64,000 nt of DNA from an uncultured Eubacteriales bacterium. Its GTDB lineage: Bacteria > Acidobacteriota > Aminicenantia > Aminicenantales > Aminicenantaceae. The translations under genes were made by a program, and so were the position numbers. This document shows, piece after piece, positions 18,665 through 28,006 of this stretch; position 1 is the first letter of the stretch, and each line of letters starts with the position of its first letter. The notes below the pieces were generated by a model. It made no database searches. It had not been told where the DNA came from and saw nothing but the letters and a program-made list of their open reading frames with translations. Where the stretch lies: assembly GCA_964435925.1 (NCBI GenBank), contig CAYTBG010000001.1, forward strand, positions 2,331 to 66,330, given 5' to 3'.

Positions 18665-19543
18665 ATGAAAATAAGTTATTATCCTGGTTGCACTCTGAAA
18701 AACAATGCGAAAAATTTTGAAGACTCAGCCTTATGTTCCTTAAAACACCTCGAAGTAGAAGTTGAGGAACTTGAACGATGGAACTGCTGTGGAACTGTCT
18801 TCTCTTTGGCAACTGATGACTTGATTCATCACGTAGCTCCTATCCGAAACCTCATCCGAGTCAAGGAAGCCAACACAAACAAAGTAATGACTCTCTGCGC
18901 CATGTGTTTCAACACCTTGAAAAGAGCAAATGAAAGAGTAAGATCCGACCCGGAGAGCCTTGATAAGATAAATAAATTTATGTATCGCGAGGAAGTCAAA
19001 TACCAAGGAGACGTTAACGTCCTCCACCTCTTGGAGCTGCTGAGAGATGAGATAAAATTCGAAAACATCGCCAAAAAAGTCGTCAAGCCTTTGAAAAACC
19101 TGAAAATAGCTAATTACTATGGCTGTCTTTTAGTCCGTCCCAAAGAAATTGGTCTTGACGATGTTGAAAATCCGACTGTTTTAGAAAATCTCATGACTGC
19201 TCTGGGGGCAGACGCCATAGATTTTCCTTATAAGACTGAATGCTGTGCTTCTTACCAAACTGTCGATAAACCTGAAAACGTAGCTGATAGAACATACCAA
19301 ATCCTCACCTCGGCTCAATCACAGGGCGCTGAGCTTGTATCTTTGAGCTGTCCGCTCTGTGCTTTTAATCTTGACCACCGTCAGAAAGTAACTGTCCAGA
19401 AATATCCTGAGTTCAAAAATATGCCAATCCTTTATTTTACCCAGCTCATGGCTCTTGCCTTAGGTTGTCCTGAGAAAGATTTAAGGTTAGATCTCCATTA
19501 TATTGACCCGAAGCCCATTTTGAAAGAAAAAGGATTACTCTGA
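18665..19543 (+). CDS. hdrB: heterodisulfide reductase subunit B-like (two CCG domains)
   Basis: YPGCTL...WNCCGT and YYGCLL...ECCASY...CPLC, the duplicated Cx(n)CCGx(n)CxxC type pattern. Confidence 0.8.
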   Translation: MKISYYPGCTLKNNAKNFEDSALCSLKHLEVEVEELERWNCCGTVFSLATDDLIHHVAPIRNLIRVKEANTNKVMTLCAMCFNTLKRANERVRSDPESLDKINKFMYREEVKYQGDVNVLHLLELLRDEIKFENIAKKVVKPLKNLKIANYYGCLLVRPKEIGLDDVENPTVLENLMTALGADAIDFPYKTECCASYQTVDKPENVADRTYQILTSAQSQGAELVSLSCPLCAFNLDHRQKVTVQKYPEFKNMPILYFTQLMALALGCPEKDLRLDLHYIDPKPILKEKGLL

Positions 19544-19550
19544 GGAGCAA

Positions 19551-19826
19551 ATGGTTTATTTCGGCGATTTAAAAGAAAAAAAGGGCAAAATCCACATCGA
19601 CAAGGACAGATGCAAGGGATGTGGATTCTGTGTGGAGTACTGCCCAAAAGATGTGCTCGAGATGTCTGAAGAATTCAATTTAAAGGGCTATCATCCTCCC
19701 TATATCAAGAATGAGGATGAATGCTGTTATTGTCAGCTGTGCGAGACAATTTGTCCTGAGTTTGCCATATTTGTCACTCTTAAAAAAGAGGAGGAAGAAG
19801 GTGAAAAAGGTGAAAGCAGACCCTAA
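19551..19826 (+). CDS. korD: 2-oxoacid:ferredoxin oxidoreductase delta subunit (2x[4Fe-4S] ferredoxin)
   Basis: CKGCGFCVEYCP and CCYCQLCETICP. It lies directly upstream of the alpha, beta and gamma subunits. Substrate specificity cannot be read from the sequence. Confidence 0.75.
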   Translation: MVYFGDLKEKKGKIHIDKDRCKGCGFCVEYCPKDVLEMSEEFNLKGYHPPYIKNEDECCYCQLCETICPEFAIFVTLKKEEEEGEKGESRP

Positions 19827-20967
19827 AGGAGTTTTAACCGGAGCTCATTATATAGACGGGGATTTTTCTCTTGCTGAGGGAGCTCTGGCGGCTGGATGCC
19901 GTTTTTTTGCAGGTTACCCTATTACACCATCAACTGAAACAGCGGAAAGATTTTCTGAAAGAATTCCCACTGTGGGAGGAGTTTTTATCCAGATGGAAGA
20001 CGAGCTCGCATCCATGGCAGCTCTGATAGGAGCCTCCTGGGGAGGGAAGAAAGCCATGACCGTTACTTCTGGACCCGGTTTTTCGTTGATGATGGAGAAT
20101 ATAGGATTAGCCTGTATGATGGAAACTCCCCTTGTGATTGCCAATGTCCAAAGAGGAGGCCCTTCAACAGGACTTCCCACCTTAACTGGTCAGCAGGACA
20201 TGATGCAGGTAAGGTGGGGATCCCACGGGGATTATGAGATAATTGCCCTCGTCCCTGATTCTCCTCAGGAGTGTTTCGACCTCACTATAGAAGCTTTCAA
20301 TCTATCTGAACTATACAGGGTTCCCACCTTTGTCATGACCGACGAATGCGTGGGCCATATGACTGAGAAAGTTGTCATCCCGCCACCTGAAGAAATTGAA
20401 CTGGTCGAAAGAAAATGGTACACAGGTCCAAAGGATAAATATCTTCCTTACAAGCCTGACAAAGACATGATCCCTTTCATGGTCAAGGCAGGCGACGGCT
20501 ATCGTTTCCACTCAACCGGATTAACCCGGGACGAACGCGGCTACCCTGCTATCAACGCCGAATGGCAGGATGTCTGTGTTCGCCATCTGGTGGATAAAAT
20601 CAATATGAATGCCGACAAAATCATTAAACTTGAAGAAGATGAAACCGATACTGCAGAAATCATAGTCATCTCCTACGGAATCACCTCAAGAGTTACGACA
20701 AGAGCTGTCCAGCAGGCAAAAAAAGCAGGTATAAAAGTGGGATCGATAAGGCTTATTACTGTCTGGCCTTTCCCTGAGAAGCGAATAAAAGAGCTGGCGA
20801 AGAAAATAAAGGCATTCGTCGTTCCTGAGATAAATTATGGTCAAGTTGTCCTAGAAGTGGAACGGTGCGCTGAAGGCCAAGCTCCGGCCATCCGTGTTCC
20901 TCACTGCGGTGGATGGGTCCACGATCCAGATGATATTTTTAAAGCTATCAAGGAGGCTTCAAAATGA
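19801..20967 (+). CDS. korA: 2-oxoacid:ferredoxin oxidoreductase alpha subunit
   Basis: LAEGALAAGCRFFAGYPITPSTE is typical of the OFOR alpha N-terminus. GTG 19801 (or 19810) is preferred. The ORF-track start at 19711 lies inside korD. Confidence 0.85.
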   Translation: MKKVKADPKGVLTGAHYIDGDFSLAEGALAAGCRFFAGYPITPSTETAERFSERIPTVGGVFIQMEDELASMAALIGASWGGKKAMTVTSGPGFSLMMENIGLACMMETPLVIANVQRGGPSTGLPTLTGQQDMMQVRWGSHGDYEIIALVPDSPQECFDLTIEAFNLSELYRVPTFVMTDECVGHMTEKVVIPPPEEIELVERKWYTGPKDKYLPYKPDKDMIPFMVKAGDGYRFHSTGLTRDERGYPAINAEWQDVCVRHLVDKINMNADKIIKLEEDETDTAEIIVISYGITSRVTTRAVQQAKKAGIKVGSIRLITVWPFPEKRIKELAKKIKAFVVPEINYGQVVLEVERCAEGQAPAIRVPHCGGWVHDPDDIFKAIKEASK

Positions 20968-21836
20968 AAGAAGAAGGTCATCTCGAAGAAAAAAACCCTA
21001 TGGAAGGTTTATTGAGGATGGACAGAATCCCCCACATCTGGTGCCCTGGCTGTGGAATAGGAACTGTTGTCACTTCTTTCGCCGAGGCTCTAAGGAAAAG
21101 TGAAATCGACCTGGATAAGACCACCATTGTATCCGGAATAGGATGTACTGGAAGAGTAGCTGGCTACGTGAAGCTTGATTCTTTCCATACTACCCACGGC
21201 CGAGCTATCCCCTTTGCCACTGGATTAAAACTGGCAAATCCCGAGTTAAAAGTCATTGTCTTCAGCGGAGACGGAGACCTCGCAGGAATCGGGGGCAACC
21301 ACTTCATCCATGCCGCCAGGAGAAATATGGATCTCGTCGTTATCTGTGTCAATAACTTTAATTACGCCATGACAGGAGGTCAGGTAGCAGCCACAACCCC
21401 TATCATGGCTAATGCCTCCACCGCTCCTTACGGCAATTATGAATATCCTTTCAGCCTTCCTTATCTTGCTGAGGCCAGTGGTGCAACTTATGTTGCTCGC
21501 TGGACTGCTCTTCATCTGAGGAGGGTGACCAAATCGATCCAGGAAGCTTTCGGCAAGAGAGGCTTTTCTTTCATCGAAGTCATTACTCCCTGTGTAACTC
21601 TTTATGCTCGCAGAAACCGTCTCGGCGATGGATTGAACCTGCTGAAATATTATTACGAAAAATCTGAAATTCAGCATGGAGCGGATACCAGAACTCTTGA
21701 TATCAGTTACCAAGGGAAACTCATAGTCGGGAAGTTTGTTGATAAAGATAAGCCAACTTTTCTCGATTGCATGAATGAGCATCTCGGCAAAGTTTTGGGC
21801 GATAAATACGAGCCTTACGGAGGAAACCATGACTGA
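20964..21836 (+). CDS. korB: 2-oxoacid:ferredoxin oxidoreductase beta subunit (TPP-binding)
   Basis: WCPGCGIG...GIGCTGR...FSGDGDLAGIGGNHFIHAARRN (TPP motif GDG...N). There is a 4-nt overlap with korA. Confidence 0.85.
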   Translation: MKEEGHLEEKNPMEGLLRMDRIPHIWCPGCGIGTVVTSFAEALRKSEIDLDKTTIVSGIGCTGRVAGYVKLDSFHTTHGRAIPFATGLKLANPELKVIVFSGDGDLAGIGGNHFIHAARRNMDLVVICVNNFNYAMTGGQVAATTPIMANASTAPYGNYEYPFSLPYLAEASGATYVARWTALHLRRVTKSIQEAFGKRGFSFIEVITPCVTLYARRNRLGDGLNLLKYYYEKSEIQHGADTRTLDISYQGKLIVGKFVDKDKPTFLDCMNEHLGKVLGDKYEPYGGNHD

Positions 21837-22392
21837 GATCAGGTTTTCTGGTTTTGGCGGTCAGGGAATCATTCGCTGCGGCCTTATTGCTGGAAAGGCC
21901 CTTTCTCTTTTTGACAATAAGCAGGCGACAATGACCCAGAGTTTCGGTCCTGAAGCCAGGGGAAGTGCCTGCAGTTCTCAACTCGTTGTCTCTGACGACC
22001 GAGTCCTGTATCCTTATATCTCCTCTCCGGAAATTCTTGTCTCCATGTCCCAGGAAGCCTATGACAAGTACGAGCCAGAATTGCAGGAAGATGGACTTCT
22101 TCTCATAGACAAGGATTTAGTCAAGGTAACGCCCCCTCGAGGAAAAATTAAAAGCTATTCTGTTCCTTCGACAAGGTTTGCCGAAGAATTAGGGAATCGT
22201 ATTATTGCCAACCTGGTTATGCTGGGATTTTTCACGGCAATAACTCGTATCGTTTCTCCCGAAGCCATGAAAAAAGCACTCCCCGGCCTAGTCCCGGAAA
22301 GATTTCTTGAGCTTAACAAGAAAGCTTTTGACAAAGGTTATGAATACGGCAAGAAAATCATGACTGAAGAGAAAAAACCAAAAAAGAAATAA
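21829..22392 (+). CDS. korC: 2-oxoacid:ferredoxin oxidoreductase gamma subunit
   Basis: MTEIRFSGFGGQGI is the typical gamma N-terminus. ATG 21829 is preceded by ggagga. The ORF-track start at 21775 lies inside korB. Confidence 0.85.
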   Translation: MTEIRFSGFGGQGIIRCGLIAGKALSLFDNKQATMTQSFGPEARGSACSSQLVVSDDRVLYPYISSPEILVSMSQEAYDKYEPELQEDGLLLIDKDLVKVTPPRGKIKSYSVPSTRFAEELGNRIIANLVMLGFFTAITRIVSPEAMKKALPGLVPERFLELNKKAFDKGYEYGKKIMTEEKKPKKK

Positions 22393-22428
22393 ACATTAGA
22401 CTATGTCTAAAAGCTATATGATAAGAGG

Positions 22429-22512
22429 TCATTGCGAGGAACGAAGTGACGAAGCAATCTCATATTATAAACATGTTGAGATTGCCGCACTCCCTTCGGT
22501 CGCTCGCAATGA
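22429..22512. repeat. 84-bp imperfect palindromic element (tcattgcgag...aatctca / tgagatt...ctcgcaatga)
   Basis: The outer arms tcattgcgag/ctcgcaatga and the inner arms aatctca/tgagatt are exact complements, and the middle pairs partially. It sits in the 183-nt korC-hdrA gap. The spurious ORF 22407..22664(-) reads through it (RLLRHFVPRND). Confidence 0.7.
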
Positions 22513-22575
22513 CAACAATAAGAGGAAAAAAATACAAATAAAAATGGGGCCTGGCCCCAATTTAAAGGTAAAAAA

Positions 22576-24522
22576 ATGAAACGAACAGGCGTCTTTGTTT
22601 GCCACTGCGGCATAAATATAGCCGGAACAGTAGATGTCAAAAAGGTTGCCAAAGAGCTTTCCAAGCACAGGGGAGTCGTCCACTCTGAAGATTATATTTA
22701 CATGTGTTCTGATCCGGGTCAGAACCTGATTATTGAAGCCATAAAGGAAAAAAAGCTGGACAGCGTGGTTGTAGCCTGTTGTTCTCCAACTCTCCATGAA
22801 ACAACCTTCCGCAATGCTTCCAAATCTGCTAATCTTAACCCTTTTCAATGTGAAATTGCCAATATCCGAGAGCAATGCAGCTGGGTTCATAAAGATATGG
22901 AAAAGGCGACAGAAAAAGCGATGAAAATTACTAAAAGTGCTATACAAAGAGTTCGAAGGAATGAATCTCTGGAGCCGATAAGCGTCCCTGTCACCAGGAA
23001 AGCTCTGGTTATTGGCGGCGGAATAGCAGGCATCCAATCTGCGTTAGACTTAGCCAACACTGGCTTTGAAGTCATTCTGGTAGAAAGGGAACCTTCCATC
23101 GGGGGCCATATGATTCAGCTCTCTGAAACCTTCCCTACCCTCGATTGTTCCCAGTGTATCCTGACTCCGAAAATGGTGGAAGTCTCCAAACACCCCAAGA
23201 TTAAACTCATGACCTACAGCGAAATTCAGGATATCTCCGGGTATGTGGGAAATTTCAAGGTTAAAATTCTCAAAAAGCCCACCTATGTTGACCCAGACAA
23301 ATGTACTCTCTGTGATGAATGCACCAAAGTATGTCCCGTGGTCGTGCCCAACGAATTTGATCTCGGTTTAACCGAACGGCGAGCCATCTATATTCCTTTC
23401 CCTCAAGCAATTCCAGCTACCTTTACTCTGGACATAAAAAATTGCCCCGGCCTTCTGCCGATTGCCTGCGGCAAGTGCGCAGATGTTTGCGAACCAGATG
23501 CAATTGATTATGATATGAAACCTGAAATCGTCGAGGAAGAAGTAGGAGCCATCATCGTTTCCACTGGATACGATCTCTATGATAAGAAATTGTTGGGTGA
23601 ATACGGGTATGGAAAATACCCGGATGTCCTGGATGGGCTCCAATTTGAAAGATTGCTCTCTGCCTCTGGACCGACAATGGGAAAAATTCTCAGACCGTCA
23701 GATCACAAAGAACCCAAGGAAGTTGTCTTTATCCAATGCGCTGGTTCCCGCGATCCTGAACTTCACTGCGCTTACTGCTCAAAAATATGCTGCATGTACA
23801 CGGCCAAACATGCCATGCTCTACAAACATCACGTCCATGATGGCCAGGCCTATATTTTTTATATCGATATCAGGTCAGGGGGAAAAGACTACGAGGAATT
23901 CGTCCAGAGAGCCATAGAAGAGGATGGAGTCCTTTACCTCAGAGGAAAGGTTTCGAAAATATTTGAAGATAACGGCAAAATCAAGGTCTGGGGCGTGGAT
24001 ACCCTGGCCGGAAAAGACATCGAGATCGATGCCGATATGGTCGTCCTGGCTACGGCCACGCGGCCCTCTAAGGGAGCAGATGAACTGGCCAAGAAACTCA
24101 AAATCGCCCTGGACAAGGACGGCTTTCTCGCCGAAGCCCATCCAAAACTCAGACCTGTAGAGAGTGTTACATCTGGAATGTTCCTGGCAGGAGCAGCCCA
24201 GGCACCTAAAGACATTCCTGAAGCTGTGGCTCAAGCTAGCGGGGCGGCGGCTAAGGCTATCTCCATCTTATCCCAGGACAGACTTTACCATGCTCCCACA
24301 GTGGCCAAGGTTAACGTCAATCTCTGCACAGGCTGCGGAATGTGTGTTGATGTCTGTCCTTATGATGCTCTCTCTCTCAAAGATGGCAAAGCCGAGGTGA
24401 ATGAAGTCCTCTGCGAAGGGTGTGGTACTTGCTCGGCTACGTGCTTGAGAGCAGCCATCCACGTCAAAAATATGACTCCTTTGCAGGTAAACGAAATGAT
24501 AAAAGCATCACTCGGAGGCTAA
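22576..24522 (+). CDS. hdrA: heterodisulfide reductase subunit A-like (FAD, multiple Fe-S clusters)
   Basis: MKRTGVFVCHCGINIAG N-terminus, FAD fold ALVIGGGIAGIQSALDLA, ferredoxin motifs CTLCDECTKVCP and CGKCADVCEP, and C-terminal CTGCGMCVDVCP and CEGCGTCSATC. Confidence 0.9.
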   Translation: MKRTGVFVCHCGINIAGTVDVKKVAKELSKHRGVVHSEDYIYMCSDPGQNLIIEAIKEKKLDSVVVACCSPTLHETTFRNASKSANLNPFQCEIANIREQCSWVHKDMEKATEKAMKITKSAIQRVRRNESLEPISVPVTRKALVIGGGIAGIQSALDLANTGFEVILVEREPSIGGHMIQLSETFPTLDCSQCILTPKMVEVSKHPKIKLMTYSEIQDISGYVGNFKVKILKKPTYVDPDKCTLCDECTKVCPVVVPNEFDLGLTERRAIYIPFPQAIPATFTLDIKNCPGLLPIACGKCADVCEPDAIDYDMKPEIVEEEVGAIIVSTGYDLYDKKLLGEYGYGKYPDVLDGLQFERLLSASGPTMGKILRPSDHKEPKEVVFIQCAGSRDPELHCAYCSKICCMYTAKHAMLYKHHVHDGQAYIFYIDIRSGGKDYEEFVQRAIEEDGVLYLRGKVSKIFEDNGKIKVWGVDTLAGKDIEIDADMVVLATATRPSKGADELAKKLKIALDKDGFLAEAHPKLRPVESVTSGMFLAGAAQAPKDIPEAVAQASGAAAKAISILSQDRLYHAPTVAKVNVNLCTGCGMCVDVCPYDALSLKDGKAEVNEVLCEGCGTCSATCLRAAIHVKNMTPLQVNEMIKASLGG

Positions 24523-24525
24523 AAA

Positions 24526-24948
24526 GTGGCAGAAGAATTTGAACCAAAAATAGTTGCTTTTCTCTGTAAGTGGTGTTCCTCAGCCGGAAGCGACCTGGCT
24601 GGAGTCTCCCGCATGGAGTATCCACCCAATGTTATTCCCATCACTGTCATGTGTTCGGGGAGCGTGTCTCCTCTCTACATATTCTCTGCCTTTAACAAAG
24701 GAGCAGACGGAGTGCTCGTTTCAGGTTGTCATCCAGGCGACTGCCACTACATCAAAGGTAACTTCTATGCCCGGCGCAGAATTGCCCTGGTTAAGAAGCT
24801 TTTGGAGTATGTCGGCCTTGAGCCCCAGCGCTTCCAGATGTCCTGGATTTCGGCAGCAGAAGGAGTAAAATATACTCAAGTTATAAAAGATTTTGTCCAA
24901 GAACTAAAGCCACTCGGTCCTCAAAAAAAACTGAGGAGAACTCAATAA
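24526..24948 (+). CDS. mvhD: MvhD/FlxD-like hydrogenase iron-sulfur delta subunit
   Basis: KIVAFLCKWCSSAG...VMCSGSVSP...VSGCHPGDCHY is the MvhD family pattern. It starts 3 nt after hdrA. Confidence 0.85.
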   Translation: MAEEFEPKIVAFLCKWCSSAGSDLAGVSRMEYPPNVIPITVMCSGSVSPLYIFSAFNKGADGVLVSGCHPGDCHYIKGNFYARRRIALVKKLLEYVGLEPQRFQMSWISAAEGVKYTQVIKDFVQELKPLGPQKKLRRTQ

Positions 24949-25979
24949 TGGTAAACGTGGAAGAGCTCAAGAAAGAAGCCAGCCAAATCTTAAAAGAAAG
25001 AAAAGTTAAATACATCATTGGCTTCCAAAGAGGCTCAAACGGCCTCCTTCCTGTCCCGGCTTTCATAAAAAATCCTGAAGATGTTGATAAATTAATTTGG
25101 GATCCAACCTGCGTCCATAACCTCACCCGCTTCCTGCACGATGAAAAAAGAAGAAAAGCTAAGGAGAAGGAACCTGATGAAAGGCCAGTAGGAATCGTCG
25201 TAAAAGGATGTGACAGCCGAGCTATCAATGTCTTGCTTCAAGAAGAATTCATCAAAAGAGATGATGTTTATATATTAGGAGTCTCCTGCGAAAATACCGG
25301 GGTTTTGGATAAGAAGAAACTTGCCAAAAAATTGAAAGGAAAAAAAGCTAAAAAAGTTGGGTTTGGCGCCAAGGACGATTTTGTTATCACGACAGAAGAT
25401 GGAAAGATTAAAATTGCGGCTCAAGAAGTGCTTTCTGAGAGATGTCTTGAATGCAAAGCCAATTTCCCGGTGATATATGATGTCTTAATAGGAGAAAAAA
25501 CCAAGCGCAATTTAGAAAATCCTTTTAAATCTCTGGAGAAAATTGAATCTTTGCCTTCAGAGGAAAGGTGGAAATTCTGGAAGGAACAAATTGACAAATG
25601 CATTAGATGTTATGCCTGCCGGTCTGTATGCCCCATGTGCTATTGTGATGAATGTGTGGCCGACACCATAAATTTTGTTATAACACCAGAAACCACAGCC
25701 GAAGAGAAGGCCCAAAAAATAAAGTGGCTGGAAAAATCGCCTGTTACTTCAGAAAATTTTGTCTATCACTTCGTCAGAGCTATCCATCTCGCAGGACGCT
25801 GCATTGACTGCGGAGAGTGCGAGAGAGTTTGTCCTCTGGATATTCCCCTTCGTCTCTTGAATAAGAAATTGGAAAAAGAAGCCAAAGAGCTTTTTGACTA
25901 TGATGCCGGCTTTGATCCTGACAAACCTTCTCTTGTCTCCAGTTTTAAGGATGAAGACCCGGAAGACTTTATAAGGTAA
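24948..25979 (+). CDS. HydB/AsrA-like iron-sulfur protein (FlxC-like)
   Basis: VVKGCDSRAI motif plus Cys clusters CIRCYACRSVCPMCYC and CIDCGECERVCP. The start overlaps the mvhD stop (TAATG). Confidence 0.6.
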   Translation: MVNVEELKKEASQILKERKVKYIIGFQRGSNGLLPVPAFIKNPEDVDKLIWDPTCVHNLTRFLHDEKRRKAKEKEPDERPVGIVVKGCDSRAINVLLQEEFIKRDDVYILGVSCENTGVLDKKKLAKKLKGKKAKKVGFGAKDDFVITTEDGKIKIAAQEVLSERCLECKANFPVIYDVLIGEKTKRNLENPFKSLEKIESLPSEERWKFWKEQIDKCIRCYACRSVCPMCYCDECVADTINFVITPETTAEEKAQKIKWLEKSPVTSENFVYHFVRAIHLAGRCIDCGECERVCPLDIPLRLLNKKLEKEAKELFDYDAGFDPDKPSLVSSFKDEDPEDFIR

Positions 25980-25983
25980 GTAA

Positions 25984-27024
25984 ATGGAAAAAGTGCTGTC
26001 AAAAAAAGCCTTCCCCCAATGGGTGAAGAAGCTTGAATCTTACACAATATATGCTCCGCAAAAAGATGGCGATCTCTGGAACTTCGAGGTTATCAAGAAT
26101 TCTGAAATCATAGACCTGGATTATCTCACTACTGTCCTCTCTCCTAAAAAAATCATCTTTCCCCAAAGAGAAGTCTTCCTCGAGTTCAGCACTTCAGATG
26201 AAAATCGCCTTGAGGTGAAAGAGGTTCTCCCAGATGAGAAGCTAACTGTTATTTTTGGCGTGAGACCATGCGATGCGAAGGCTCTAACCTTAACAGATAA
26301 GGTTTTTGGCGGTGACATTGAAGACCCATACTATTGGAAAAGAAGAAACTCAACAACCCTTGTCGGACTTACCTGTAACACACCTCCTTCTGCGAATTGC
26401 TTCTGTCTCTCTGTCGGTGGCTCGCCCCATTCCAAAGAAGGCCTGGATATCTTGATGACGGATTTAGGAGATAAATATTATGTACAATCCTTCACAAAAA
26501 AAGGAGACGAACTCCTGAATTTAGCCAGGGCCCTCTTTAAGAACCCAACAGCCAAAGATAAGAAGGATTTAGCCCAAATTAAGGCGGAATCTGAGAAGAA
26601 AATTAAAAGGCAAATCAAAGAGCTGGAAAAAATTCCTCCCAAGCTCAAAGAAATGTTTGACTCATCCTTTTGGGACGAAGAGTCTTTAAGCTGCATACGC
26701 TGCGGCATCTGCACTTATCTCTGCCCAACCTGTCACTGCTTTGATATAAGCGATGAAGTTACTTCTTCTTCCCCGGTCAAAGGAAAGAGGGTGAGGACTT
26801 GGGATAACTGTCAGTTTCCTGATTTTACTATGCATTCTTCAGGGCACAACCCAAGGCCCGATAAGGCCTCACGATTGAGACAGAGAATCCTTCATAAGTT
26901 TCAGTATTTTGTCGAACGATATCAAAATTACCAATGCATAGGCTGTGGAAGGTGCATCTCGAAATGCCCTGTTGGGATAGATATCATAGAAGTTCTCGAA
27001 AAGGCGAGAGATTATGGATCATAA
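25984..27024 (+). CDS. HydB/AsrA-like iron-sulfur protein (FlxB-like)
   Basis: GVRPCDAKAL motif, CIRCGICTYLCPTCHC and CIGCGRCISKCP, as in the sulfhydrogenase beta / anaerobic sulfite reductase A family. Confidence 0.65.
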   Translation: MEKVLSKKAFPQWVKKLESYTIYAPQKDGDLWNFEVIKNSEIIDLDYLTTVLSPKKIIFPQREVFLEFSTSDENRLEVKEVLPDEKLTVIFGVRPCDAKALTLTDKVFGGDIEDPYYWKRRNSTTLVGLTCNTPPSANCFCLSVGGSPHSKEGLDILMTDLGDKYYVQSFTKKGDELLNLARALFKNPTAKDKKDLAQIKAESEKKIKRQIKELEKIPPKLKEMFDSSFWDEESLSCIRCGICTYLCPTCHCFDISDEVTSSSPVKGKRVRTWDNCQFPDFTMHSSGHNPRPDKASRLRQRILHKFQYFVERYQNYQCIGCGRCISKCPVGIDIIEVLEKARDYGS

Positions 27025-27838
27025 TACCTATATTCCACAACTGGCAAAAATAATCGAAATCAAAGAAGAAGTGGGTGGAGAAAGGCCTATCAAGACTTTC
27101 AGGACTCAGTTTCTAAACATGAATGATTTCTCCTTCCGTTCTGGACAGTGCGCTATGCTTTCCGTGTTTGGCAGGGGAGAATCAATATTTGCTATCTCCT
27201 CTTCCCCTCTTATGAAGGATTACCTTCAATTCAACATATTGAAGATGGGAAGGGTCACCTCATCCCTTCACGATATGCAAGTCGGAGATATCATCGGAAT
27301 AAGAGGGCCTTATGGCAATGGTTTTCCCCTCGAAGATTGGAAAGGAAAAAACCTTATCTTTATCGGCGGTGGCATCGGCTTGGCTCCTATCTGGTCTATC
27401 CTCAACACGGCCCTAAGCAGAAAAGAATATTACGGAGATCTCATGCTGATTTACGGAGCGAGGACATCCAAAGACCTTGTTTTCAAAGAAGAACTCAAAG
27501 AGCTCAGGAAGAAAATGCCCGTCCATCTTTCAATAGATGTCGAGGAGCCGGATTGGAAGGAGTTTGTCGGATTCGTTCCTCAGAATGTTACAGATAAAAA
27601 ACCTTCCCCAAAAAATGCAATAACAGTTACCTGCGGTCCCCCGATCATGATTAAATTCGTCATCAAAGCCCTCGAGGAACTCGGCTTTAAGGACGAACAG
27701 ATTTACACGACTGTCGAGAACAAAATGAAATGTGGTATCGGGAAATGCGGAAGATGCAACATTGGCTTTCACTATGTTTGTAAAGATGGTCCTGTTTATT
27801 CATGGGCCGAACTTAAAAAATTACCACAAGAATATTAA
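27014..27838 (+). CDS. FAD/NAD(P)-binding oxidoreductase with a C-terminal [2Fe-2S] (HydG/AsrB/PyrK-like; FlxA-like)
   Basis: FRSGQCAML...ISS (FAD-binding barrel), LIFIGGGIGLAPI (NAD(P) fold), and a C-terminal CGIGKCGRCN...CKDGPV cluster motif. Confidence 0.75.
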   Translation: MDHNTYIPQLAKIIEIKEEVGGERPIKTFRTQFLNMNDFSFRSGQCAMLSVFGRGESIFAISSSPLMKDYLQFNILKMGRVTSSLHDMQVGDIIGIRGPYGNGFPLEDWKGKNLIFIGGGIGLAPIWSILNTALSRKEYYGDLMLIYGARTSKDLVFKEELKELRKKMPVHLSIDVEEPDWKEFVGFVPQNVTDKKPSPKNAITVTCGPPIMIKFVIKALEELGFKDEQIYTTVENKMKCGIGKCGRCNIGFHYVCKDGPVYSWAELKKLPQEY

Positions 27839-28006
27839 CAAGAACCCAAAGATGAAAAAAAAGGTTCAAAAATTCGGAAATTTAAGGCTAATTAATCCAA
27901 AAAATTGGCACGAAAGCTCGAATAGTTGTCTTTTTGAATCACAGTTTTTCCCTTTACATCGTAATTTTGGACATGGGTTTTTGATTCTTTCCCTGAGGAG
28001 GAAACT

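Noticed and set aside
19711-19800. ORF-track N-terminal extensions of korA (19711), korC (21775), pyrC (7222), gcvH (38658), the pilin (31258), DUF4340 (56365) and mazG (4332).
   Set aside because: The extensions overlap the upstream genes or repeat elements and lack family-typical N-termini. Internal starts with an RBS give canonical N-termini.
21246-21830. Long antisense or alternate-frame ORFs: 21246..21830(-), 22465..23037(-), 7176..7664(-), 15604..16056(-), 15621..16283(+), 27148..27597(+), 35074..35556(+), 35900..36343(+), 28640..29053(-), 56718..57149(-).
   Set aside because: Each lies entirely within a well-supported conserved gene on the other strand or frame. They have low-complexity or odd composition and no RBS. 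They are typical shadow ORFs.
27906-27921. Sigma-54 promoter upstream of the frdB-like gene (TGGCAC at 27906-27911).
   Set aside because: The following sequence (gaaagctcg) places a GC dinucleotide only 9 nt from the GG instead of the required 12, and there is no TTGC -12 element.
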